Source: Bacteroidales bacterium
Lineage (GTDB): Bacteria > Bacteroidota > Bacteroidia > Bacteroidales > UBA4417
Reading direction: 5' to 3'
Assembly (NCBI GenBank): GCA_038212135.1
Contig: JBBQUX010000001.1
Coordinates: forward strand, 13,734-77,733
Length of the DNA: 64,000 nt
Shown piece after piece: positions 55,569 through 63,949 of this stretch (position 1 is its first letter; each line of letters begins with the position of its first letter). The notes beneath the pieces were generated by a model, which did not search any database, had not been told where the DNA came from, and worked only from the letters and a program-made list of their open reading frames with translations. The translations under genes and the position numbers were made by a program.

Positions 55569-57170
55569 ATGACATTCAGAATTAAACATATTGTAAGTTT
55601 ATTTGCACTGGCAGCTTTTCTCTGCTTTTCAGCAAAAGCTCAGATATCGCCGGGTGAACTTGCCAAAGTGCATTCGCATCTCGAAGGCATTTCGAACTGC
55701 ACAAAATGTCATACGCTGGGCGATAAGGTATCTAATGACAAATGCCTGGCCTGCCATACCGAAATAAAAACCCGCATTGATCAAAAAAGAGGCTACCACT
55801 CATCCCCACAGGTTAAAGGCAAACAATGCGCCAGCTGCCATAATGATCACCATGGGCTGACTTTTCAGATCATACGATTCGACAAGGATAAATTTATTCA
55901 CGATCTGGCAGGATACAAGTTAACTGGTGCTCACAGCAGGAAAAAATGTGAGGATTGTCACAAGGCTGCTTTTATTTCCGATGTAAAAATCAAAGCAAAA
56001 AAGTTTACTTACCTCGGGCTAAAAACTGAATGTCTGGCCTGTCACGCTGATTATCACCAAAAAACACTTTCGACTAATTGCGCCGAATGCCACACGGATG
56101 AAAAGTTTAAGCCGGCATCAAAATTCGATCATAACAAGTCTAAATTTAAATTGGCAGGTAAGCACCAGGATATTGCCTGCGCCGAATGCCACAAGACTTC
56201 GGTAAGGAATGGACAGAAATTCCAGGAATTCAAAGGGGTAAAAGCCACCAACTGTACTAACTGCCACAAAGATGTTCATGACAATAAGTTTGGGCAGAAT
56301 TGTGCTGAATGTCATAATAATGAGTCGTTTACTGTTGTAGGAGGCGTGAAGAATTTCGATCACAGCAAGGCTGATTTTAAACTGGAAGGCAAACATGTGA
56401 ATGTAGCCTGTAAAAAATGTCATAAAGTAAAACTAACAACACCTTTATTCTTTAAACGCTGCACCGAATGTCACACTGATTATCATGGCAAAGAATTCGC
56501 GAAAAACGGCGTTTCTCCCGATTGTTCTGCCTGCCACAATGAGAAGGGTTTTACTGAATTTTCATATACCATCGAGCAGCACAACGCCGGTGTTTTCCCA
56601 TTAAAAGGAGCTCATGTTGCAACTCCATGTTTCGCATGTCACAAAAAAGAGGAGAAATGGAAATTTAAAGAAATAGGTAAAAACTGCAAAGATTGCCACC
56701 TCGACATTCACAATACATTTATCAGCAGCAAGTATTATCCTGAAGCAAATTGTGAATCATGCCACAATCTGAACCGCTGGAGTGCAGTGGAGTTTGACCA
56801 TAAAAAAACACAGTTTGAACTTGAAGGTGCTCATACGAAGCAAACCTGCCGCGATTGTCATTTCAATAAAGAAAAGACGGGACACGCAAATCAAAAATTT
56901 TCAGGATTAGCTACCAACTGCACCAATTGTCATACAGATGTGCATTTCAAACAGTTTGAAGACAATGGAGTCACGGATTGTAAAAAATGCCATAATTCCG
57001 ATTCATTTAAACCCGCTTCAAAATTCGATCACGGCAAAGCGCGATTTTTGCTGGATGGAAAACACGTGAATGTGGCTTGCATAAAGTGCCACAAAGAAGT
57101 AACAGAACAAGGCGTAACTTTTGTATTGTACAAAACAAATAAAACGAAATGCGAAGACTGTCATCTATAA
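55569..57170 (+). CDS. 20-heme c-type cytochrome (cytochrome c3/c7-like, doubled-CXXCH architecture)
   Basis: Signal peptide (..CFSAKAQ). 20 CXXCH motifs in 533 aa, counted by hand. Six copies of the F(D/I)Hx(K)xxFxLxG(K/A)Hx4-5CxxCH module. Confidence 0.9.
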   Translation: MTFRIKHIVSLFALAAFLCFSAKAQISPGELAKVHSHLEGISNCTKCHTLGDKVSNDKCLACHTEIKTRIDQKRGYHSSPQVKGKQCASCHNDHHGLTFQIIRFDKDKFIHDLAGYKLTGAHSRKKCEDCHKAAFISDVKIKAKKFTYLGLKTECLACHADYHQKTLSTNCAECHTDEKFKPASKFDHNKSKFKLAGKHQDIACAECHKTSVRNGQKFQEFKGVKATNCTNCHKDVHDNKFGQNCAECHNNESFTVVGGVKNFDHSKADFKLEGKHVNVACKKCHKVKLTTPLFFKRCTECHTDYHGKEFAKNGVSPDCSACHNEKGFTEFSYTIEQHNAGVFPLKGAHVATPCFACHKKEEKWKFKEIGKNCKDCHLDIHNTFISSKYYPEANCESCHNLNRWSAVEFDHKKTQFELEGAHTKQTCRDCHFNKEKTGHANQKFSGLATNCTNCHTDVHFKQFEDNGVTDCKKCHNSDSFKPASKFDHGKARFLLDGKHVNVACIKCHKEVTEQGVTFVLYKTNKTKCEDCHL

Positions 57171-60010
57171 TCCTGTCGTTGGTACTTTCATTAAGTCTGG
57201 TGGCCCAGAAATCGCCTCATGGTGATACTTTCAAAGCCAATTGCGACGATTGCCATAAAACCGATGGCTGGAAGGTTGATTTTAAAACAGTTTCCTTTGA
57301 TCATAATGGAACAAAATTCCCTCTTGTTGGTCAGCACCAGGCTGTGAATTGTAAGCAATGCCATACTTCACCCGAATTTGCCAAAGCACAAACGGAATGC
57401 AATTCGTGCCATACAGATATTCACGAACAAACGGTTGGTAATGAATGTGCCAGGTGTCATACTCCAAATTCCTGGATGGTAACTAATATAACCCAACTTC
57501 ATCAACAGAGCCGTTTCCCGCTTATTGGCCCTCATACGGTTGCTGATTGCCGGGATTGTCATAAAAATCTTTTATCGGCTACAACTCCGGCATCCCCATC
57601 AGCTTCACTTCTCCGGTTCGATCCTTTAGGTGTCGAATGTTATGATTGTCATAAAGAGGATTATACTACTGCAAAAGAACCTGATCATGTAGCAGGAGAT
57701 TATCCGACAAACTGTATCGAATGTCATACTATTAATTCATTTGAATGGAAAGGAGCAGGCATCAACCATAATTTCTTTCCGCTTGAGGGAGGGCATAACA
57801 ATATTGATTGTAAAAAATGTCATACTTCCGGAACCTATGCAACTATACCTGCTGAGTGTAATTCCTGTCACCAGCCTGATTATACGTCAACTCAAAATCC
57901 CAATCATACTTCACTCAATTTTTCGAATGACTGCAGCAAATGTCATTCCCTAAATCCCGGTTGGAAACCAGCGGAATATTTAGACCATGATGCGCAGTCA
58001 TTTCCAATATATTCGGGAAAACACAAAGGAGAATGGGAAAATTGTTCCGATTGCCATACAAATCCGTCAAATTATGCTCAGTTCACATGTACTGATTGCC
58101 ACGAGCATAACAAAGGTGATACGGACGAACAACATGGAGATGTTAGTGGTTACGAATACAACAGCATGGCCTGCTTTGCCTGTCACCCGACAGGCGATAG
58201 AGAAGGAAGTTTCGATCATAATAAATCAAGCTTCCCCTTAACCGGGGCTCACACCACAACGGCTTGTGCCGATTGTCATACAACGGGATACGCAGGCACT
58301 CCGAACGTGTGTGCAAGCTGCCACATAAATAATTATAATCAATCTACTAATCCAAATCACAAAGCACCCGGCAGTAAGTTTACCGAGGATTGTGCCGCCT
58401 GCCATACTACCAACACCGGATGGAAACCTGCTACTTACCCTGTGCATTCGAACCTTGAGGGAGCTCACGTTCCTATCGCCAACGATTGTGCAGCCTGCCA
58501 TAACGGAAGTTATACAACCTTGCCCTCAACTTGCTACGATTGCCACACTACAGATTATACGCAATCAAATAATCCTTCTCATGCTAGTGCTCAGTTCCCG
58601 ACAACCTGCGCTGATTGCCACACTCAGGCAGCATGGAAACCCGCAACTTTCAATCATGATGGTCAGTACTTCCCAATTTATTCAGGGAAACATAACGGGG
58701 AATGGGATAATTGTTCTGATTGTCATACAAATCCAGCGGATTATAAAGTTTATACCTGTACTTCTGCCTGTCACCTGAAACCAAAAATGGATAGTGAACA
58801 TCAGGGCGTTGGTGGTTATCTATACAACAGCCCCTCCTGCCTGGGATGCCATCCGGATGGAACAGCACAAGGTTTTGACCATAATGCTGCCGGGTTCCCT
58901 TTAACCGGCGGGCATGCGACAGTATTATGCATAAATTGTCATACCAGTGGATATGCCGGAACCTCGCCTGTTTGTGCGGGCTGTCATACTCCTGCTTTTA
59001 ACCAATCTGTTAATCCAAATCATACTTCGCTTGGAATACCTACCGATTGTGCAGCCTGTCATACAACCAATCCGGGCTGGAGTCCGGCAACTTTTGCAAC
59101 GCACAACAATTATTATGTTATTGCCGGTGCTCATGTGCCTATTGCAAATGAATGTGCCACCTGCCATAATGGAAATTATATTAATTCGCCTAATACTTGC
59201 TTTGGTTGTCATGCTTCATCCTACAACCAGACCACTAATCCAAATCATGCTGCAGCGCAATATGCTACTACCTGTGAAGATTGTCACACGCAAAGTGCCT
59301 GGTCGCCATCAACTTTTAACCATAATACCACATATCCGCTAACAGGAGCACATTCAGCAATCGCCAGTAATTGTTCGCAGTGTCATCCGAACGGATATTC
59401 CAATACTCCTAATACATGTGCAGGATGCCACCAAAACAATTATAACCAGGCAACGAATCCGAATCATATTTCTCTTGGAGTGTCCAACGATTGTGCTGTT
59501 TGCCATACAACAAACCCTGGCTGGCAACCTGCTGCCTTTCCGGTTCATAACAATTACTATGTTTTAGCCGGGGCTCACGTATCTGCTGATTGTGCCGATT
59601 GCCACAATGGTAATTATAACACCACACCCAATACATGTGCAGGGTGCCATATGAATGACTATAACCAGACTAATGATCCGAACCATGCTTCGGCACAGTT
59701 CCCGACAAGTTGTGAAGATTGTCATACGCAGACTGCATGGCAACCTTCAACTTTCAATCATGACGGACAATATTTCCCGATTTATTCAGGTAAACATAAT
59801 GGTGTGTGGAATACCTGTTCGGATTGCCATCCTAACTCAGCAAACTATGCAGTATATACCTGCACTACCTCGTGCCATCCGCAGAATTCCACTAACAATG
59901 CGCATAACGGGGTAAGTGGGTACCAGTATCTGAGTAGTGCCTGCCTGAATTGTCACCCTAATGGAAATGGGGATAAGAAGATCTTTATTAATGATATAAG
60001 GAATAATTAA
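57149..60010 (+). CDS. giant multiheme c-type cytochrome (35 x CXXCH plus 2 x CX3CH in 953 aa)
   Basis: Signal peptide MRRLSSIILSLVLSLSLVAQ. Heme motifs counted by hand. Three-fold repeated module (..FPIYSGKH.G.W..CSDCH.N...Y...TCT..CH......H.GV.GY.Y.S..C..CHP.G). Eight copies of CxxCH-x3-[YF]-x5-P-x-H. The start overlaps the 20-heme gene by 22 nt. Confidence 0.9.
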   Translation: MRRLSSIILSLVLSLSLVAQKSPHGDTFKANCDDCHKTDGWKVDFKTVSFDHNGTKFPLVGQHQAVNCKQCHTSPEFAKAQTECNSCHTDIHEQTVGNECARCHTPNSWMVTNITQLHQQSRFPLIGPHTVADCRDCHKNLLSATTPASPSASLLRFDPLGVECYDCHKEDYTTAKEPDHVAGDYPTNCIECHTINSFEWKGAGINHNFFPLEGGHNNIDCKKCHTSGTYATIPAECNSCHQPDYTSTQNPNHTSLNFSNDCSKCHSLNPGWKPAEYLDHDAQSFPIYSGKHKGEWENCSDCHTNPSNYAQFTCTDCHEHNKGDTDEQHGDVSGYEYNSMACFACHPTGDREGSFDHNKSSFPLTGAHTTTACADCHTTGYAGTPNVCASCHINNYNQSTNPNHKAPGSKFTEDCAACHTTNTGWKPATYPVHSNLEGAHVPIANDCAACHNGSYTTLPSTCYDCHTTDYTQSNNPSHASAQFPTTCADCHTQAAWKPATFNHDGQYFPIYSGKHNGEWDNCSDCHTNPADYKVYTCTSACHLKPKMDSEHQGVGGYLYNSPSCLGCHPDGTAQGFDHNAAGFPLTGGHATVLCINCHTSGYAGTSPVCAGCHTPAFNQSVNPNHTSLGIPTDCAACHTTNPGWSPATFATHNNYYVIAGAHVPIANECATCHNGNYINSPNTCFGCHASSYNQTTNPNHAAAQYATTCEDCHTQSAWSPSTFNHNTTYPLTGAHSAIASNCSQCHPNGYSNTPNTCAGCHQNNYNQATNPNHISLGVSNDCAVCHTTNPGWQPAAFPVHNNYYVLAGAHVSADCADCHNGNYNTTPNTCAGCHMNDYNQTNDPNHASAQFPTSCEDCHTQTAWQPSTFNHDGQYFPIYSGKHNGVWNTCSDCHPNSANYAVYTCTTSCHPQNSTNNAHNGVSGYQYLSSACLNCHPNGNGDKKIFINDIRNN

Positions 60011-60020
60011 AGTCTTGATT

Positions 60021-61643
60021 ATGAAACTTATACTTCCTGTATTTTTATTATTGTTAGTTGGTTCTGGCCTGAAAGGACAAACAACCGGCGGAACTAAAGA
60101 AGGGACTGTATCGTATATCACTTCGCTGAGTGTTTATGTGAAATTTGAAACAACTGAAAGTATCTCAGTAGGGGATACCCTGTTTACTTTTAAGGATTCA
60201 AAAATGGTTCCTGCCCTCATAGTAAAGGAACTGTCTTCTATTTCATGCGTTTGTACCCCATTGGTATCAATAAAATTATCATTGAATGATAAAATACAAT
60301 CCCGGCCAAAAATTATAAAACCTGTCGAAAATCAGAATGTTGTGGTTGTGCCTGTCGTGAAGCCAGTGGAGGTGATAACAGATACAGTGGCGTCAAAAAA
60401 AGTAACTCCTGCTGAACCAAAGCAAAGTATCAGCGGACGAATTTCAGTTTCTTCGTATTCGAATTTTTCGAATGTCTCGGATTTTTCCCAACGCATGAGA
60501 TACACTTTTTCGATGAATGCGCAAAATATCAGTGATTCGAAGTTCTCGGCCGAAACTTACATTTCATTTGTGCACAAAATGAACGAATGGAGCGAAGTAC
60601 AGGAAGATATTTTCAATGGATTAAAGATTTACAGCCTGTCGGTCAATTATGCTTTTAACAAGAATAACACTATCTGGTTTGGCCGGAAGATAAATCCACG
60701 TCTTTCGAATGTTGGAGCAATTGACGGGCTTCAGTACGAAACCAAATTCAAATCCTTTACAGCTGGAGCCTTTTTCGGGTCAAGGCCTGATTATATGAAC
60801 TATAGTTTTAATGCCAGTTTGTTGCAATACGGCGGATATTTTAGCCACGATTATTTGAATAAAAAGGGTGGAAGTGCGCAAACTTCTTTGGCTTTTGTTG
60901 AGCAAAAAAATAACGGCAATACCGACCGGAGATTTGCTTATTTACATCATTCCAATTCGCTGCTGCCTAAGCTTTATTTCTTCGGATCTATCGAATTTGA
61001 CCTTTACAACAAAGTACTGAATTCACAGGATAGTTCTTACACCCGGGACTATACGCCCAATCTTTCGAACATATATTTTTCGCTCCGGTACAAAGTGATT
61101 AAGCAATTATCAATATCTGTATCATACAGTGAAAGGCAGAATATCATTTATTATGAAACCTACAAAAGCATCGTTGATCAGTTGCTCGAAGAAGCCACAA
61201 TGAGGGGTTTCATGTTCCAGGTAAACTACCGCCCGATAAAAAACATGACTATCGGTGCAAATGCCGGCTACCGTGTTAGCAAAAAAGATCCTGGGCCATC
61301 AAAAAACCTATATACTTACCTCACATACAGCAATGTGCCCTGGATTAATGCTTCCGCAACTATTTCGGCCACCTTGTTGCAAACAAGCTATCTTTCGGGA
61401 AACATATATAGTTTCGGCCTTTCACGTGACCTGGTGCCGGGCAAGTTATACGGCGGAGTTAGTTACAGACACGTAAACTATAAATTCCAGAGCGCAGAGA
61501 CTCCCTTAATTCAGAATATGGGTGAGATGAACCTGACCTGGCGAATTATGAAGAAACTTTCGCTTTCAGCTAATTATGAAGGCACCTTTGAAAAGGGAAG
61601 AAACTACGATCGTATCTATATTAATCTTACGCAACGTTTCTAA
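60021..61643 (+). CDS. predicted outer-membrane beta-barrel protein (unknown family)
   Basis: Signal peptide MKLILPVFLLLLVGSGLKGQ. N-terminal soluble domain of about 130 aa, then a long alternating hydrophobic/aromatic strand pattern with frequent Y/F/G/N/S. The terminal residue is Phe (...YINLTQRF), the classic OMP C-terminal signature. Starts 10 nt after the giant cytochrome gene. Confidence 0.65.
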   Translation: MKLILPVFLLLLVGSGLKGQTTGGTKEGTVSYITSLSVYVKFETTESISVGDTLFTFKDSKMVPALIVKELSSISCVCTPLVSIKLSLNDKIQSRPKIIKPVENQNVVVVPVVKPVEVITDTVASKKVTPAEPKQSISGRISVSSYSNFSNVSDFSQRMRYTFSMNAQNISDSKFSAETYISFVHKMNEWSEVQEDIFNGLKIYSLSVNYAFNKNNTIWFGRKINPRLSNVGAIDGLQYETKFKSFTAGAFFGSRPDYMNYSFNASLLQYGGYFSHDYLNKKGGSAQTSLAFVEQKNNGNTDRRFAYLHHSNSLLPKLYFFGSIEFDLYNKVLNSQDSSYTRDYTPNLSNIYFSLRYKVIKQLSISVSYSERQNIIYYETYKSIVDQLLEEATMRGFMFQVNYRPIKNMTIGANAGYRVSKKDPGPSKNLYTYLTYSNVPWINASATISATLLQTSYLSGNIYSFGLSRDLVPGKLYGGVSYRHVNYKFQSAETPLIQNMGEMNLTWRIMKKLSLSANYEGTFEKGRNYDRIYINLTQRF

Positions 61644-61700
61644 AGACTGCTAATTACCTGAAAAGAGTCAATTTTAGTTTAAATCTCAAAATACATTTTT

Positions 61701-62435
61701 ATGAAACCCAAAACAGTGGTCATTGCCATTGCTATTATGGTAGGTGTAATCCTGATAGCAGTTCCTTTTATCAACAGTAAGAAGGATAGAAAGGCTCTTG
61801 ATTTGCCTCCGGGTACTCATGAAGTAACCATTGCAGAAGTGATTCAAACTAATAAATATACCTATTTTCTTGTAGAAGAAAACGACAGTGAATACTGGAT
61901 TGCTGTAACCAAACGCGAAGCTAGCAAAGGTGATGTGATTTATTATTCCAATCCGTTGGAAATGAATAATTTCGTGAGTAAAGAGTTGGGCCGCACATTC
62001 CCCACCATATTCTTTGTGCAGGATGTAAGTGAAAAGCCATTTCCTGATGAAAATACTGCATCGCCGCAGATGGCACAAAAGAAACCGGAAATCGTAAAAA
62101 TGGATAATGTAAAAATAGATCCGGTTAAGGGAGGTATATCCATTTCAGACTTGTACGATGGGCAGGCTAAATATGCTGGTAAAACAGTTATTATTCGCGG
62201 GGTCGTTGTGCGGTATAACCATATGGTAATGGGGAAAAACTGGGTACATATTCAGGATGGTACTGAATCCTCCGGTCAGTTCGATCTTGCAATTACAACG
62301 AAGGACAGCCTTGCCGTAGGGAATACAGTTACTTTCACCGGAGCAATCAGCCTTAACAAAGATTTTGGCTCAGGATATTTCTATAAGGTAATTATGGAGG
62401 ATGCGAAAGCTTCTGATATAATTTCAATTGAATAA
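61701..62435 (+). CDS. membrane-anchored hypothetical protein with two similar halves (possible OB-fold-like domains)
   Basis: N-terminal TM segment (VVIAIAIMVGVILIAVPF). Two segments share a layout (..TIAEVIQTNKYTYFLVEENDSEYWIAV..KGDVI vs ..SISDLYDGQAKYAGKTVIIRGVVV..NWVHIQDGT...AITT...VGNTVTFTG). Last gene of the operon. Confidence 0.7.
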   Translation: MKPKTVVIAIAIMVGVILIAVPFINSKKDRKALDLPPGTHEVTIAEVIQTNKYTYFLVEENDSEYWIAVTKREASKGDVIYYSNPLEMNNFVSKELGRTFPTIFFVQDVSEKPFPDENTASPQMAQKKPEIVKMDNVKIDPVKGGISISDLYDGQAKYAGKTVIIRGVVVRYNHMVMGKNWVHIQDGTESSGQFDLAITTKDSLAVGNTVTFTGAISLNKDFGSGYFYKVIMEDAKASDIISIE

Positions 62436-62773
62436 ATAATCCGAATGTAGTTTTCCTAAGTGTTTTCAGACTTTTGAATATGTATATTTTTGTTGACGGT
62501 TCTGATATGCCAATAATTCCGGATACTGATATGTTGTTTGTTGAAACACAAAAAGAATGTGACCCGGCTTTCTGTAAATGTTTTTTGGACATTGACTTTT
62601 ATGTTGAAAGCCTTGTTATGCGTTCGTTGTTTATTTTTTTCGTGTCTGAGTCGCGATTATTTTTTTAATGAAGGCTGGAAGTTCAATTTTGTTTTGGTCT
62701 GCAATTATTCGTATAGCATCATAATATTTTACCTTGTCTGCTTTCCAATGTAAGTCGAGCCGCCTAATTTCTT

Positions 62774-63142
62774 TCATGGCAATTGCATACATAGCATTTT
62801 CCTTGACCAAGGTTCATAAAGCTTGTTTTTGAAAACTTTAGGGACAGAAATTCTCCCTTCAACTCTGTTAAGACGGAGTTTTGTTGTGTCGCCGGATTTA
62901 TATGCAGCAATTGATTTTCCTCCGTTTGATTTTACTTTGAAAGTTTCTAAAGGCATTCCCGCATCACGTACATCTCGCACAACTCGTGGAGGATGGTTGT
63001 ATCCGTATCTGTTTTCAAGGTCTTCGGTTGTAATAAAACCGTGTTTAAGAATGTGATCAACTACTATTTTCGCCCTTTTGTTTGTGATCGAAGTTATATA
63101 GGCTAAAAATTCTTTCGGATAAGTAGCTTTGTTTTTACTCAT
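62774..63142 (-). CDS. hypothetical protein with wHTH-like N-terminus; possible truncated restriction endonuclease partner of the adjacent methyltransferase remnant
   Basis: Start at MSKNKATYPKEF, where the ATG overlaps the methyltransferase stop (ATGAGTAA). The block HGFITTEDLENRYGYNHPPRVVRDVRDAGMPLETFKVKS..GKSIAAYK resembles N-termini of HNH-type endonucleases linked to methyltransferases (from memory). The ORF stops where the catalytic Cys/His region would be expected. Confidence 0.45.
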   Translation of the reverse strand: MSKNKATYPKEFLAYITSITNKRAKIVVDHILKHGFITTEDLENRYGYNHPPRVVRDVRDAGMPLETFKVKSNGGKSIAAYKSGDTTKLRLNRVEGRISVPKVFKNKLYEPWSRKMLCMQLP

Positions 63143-63949
63143 AGTTTGCAAAGAGTTCCGTTTGGTATGTCTGTTTTTCTGGTTCTATATTCGTTGCAAC
63201 TTTAGCAACCAAAGCTGGTGAAAGATATATTACTTCATATGTAATTTCATTTCTGCTAAGGAGTGTGGCCTGTGAAGAGCGGCCTGCATTTATTTCTATT
63301 TTCTTCAAATTCAGATTTTCGGGTAACGGATTACCATAAGTCTTGTCGCCTGTTCTGCCATCAAAGCTTAAAATGTAAGGGACATTTTTGTGATTTAGTT
63401 CAAAAAGTGAAACTACAAAACTTTCAAATTCGATATTGCCAGAGTAATTAAACCCGCCATTTAAGCCTGTTCCTTTGATAGGGTGGATCCATATAAACCA
63501 GATCATTTGGTGTAGCTAATTCAAGAATATTCAAATAATCTGCCGAATAAACTTCGGTTTTACTTTTTAGCAATTGTGAACTCTCAAAATATCGTCTCTC
63601 ATCATTTGTGGACTTCGGCCAAGTCTTCTTTTGTCTGGGCTTTGATTAAAGCCGCCTTTTGAATTATAACGAACCGCTGCCTTTACGCACTTTGCTATCA
63701 GAAATAATAAATACTCGGGATTTTTTCATCCCAAAGTTGTGTCAATGGTTCATTGATGTCATTTATTATGAAGTGATTTGCTTTAAAATAATAGGCAGAC
63801 GAAATAGTAATTGCTGCTGAACCTGCAAATGGTTCTATCAGGCGGTCAAAGTTGACTGGAAAGTAACGCAAAATCTGGTCTGCCAGGTTCCGCTTGCTAC
63901 CTTGATATGGAATAGGATGTGGTAATTTCATCAAGTCAGTTTTAAACAA
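63135..63949 (-). pseudogene. Dam-type (D12 class) N6-adenine DNA methyltransferase, disrupted by at least three frameshifts
   Basis: Four reverse-strand segments lie in different frames. (1) MKLPHPIPYQGSKRNLA...IEPFAGSAA (SAM motif), ending at a stop. (2) VRYNSKGGFNQSPDKRR..., ending at a stop. (3) LLKSKTEVYSADYLNILELATPNDLVYMDPPYQ (DPPY motif), ending at a stop. (4) KGTGLNGGFNYSG...PYILSFDGRTG...YEVIYLSP. Confidence 0.7.
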
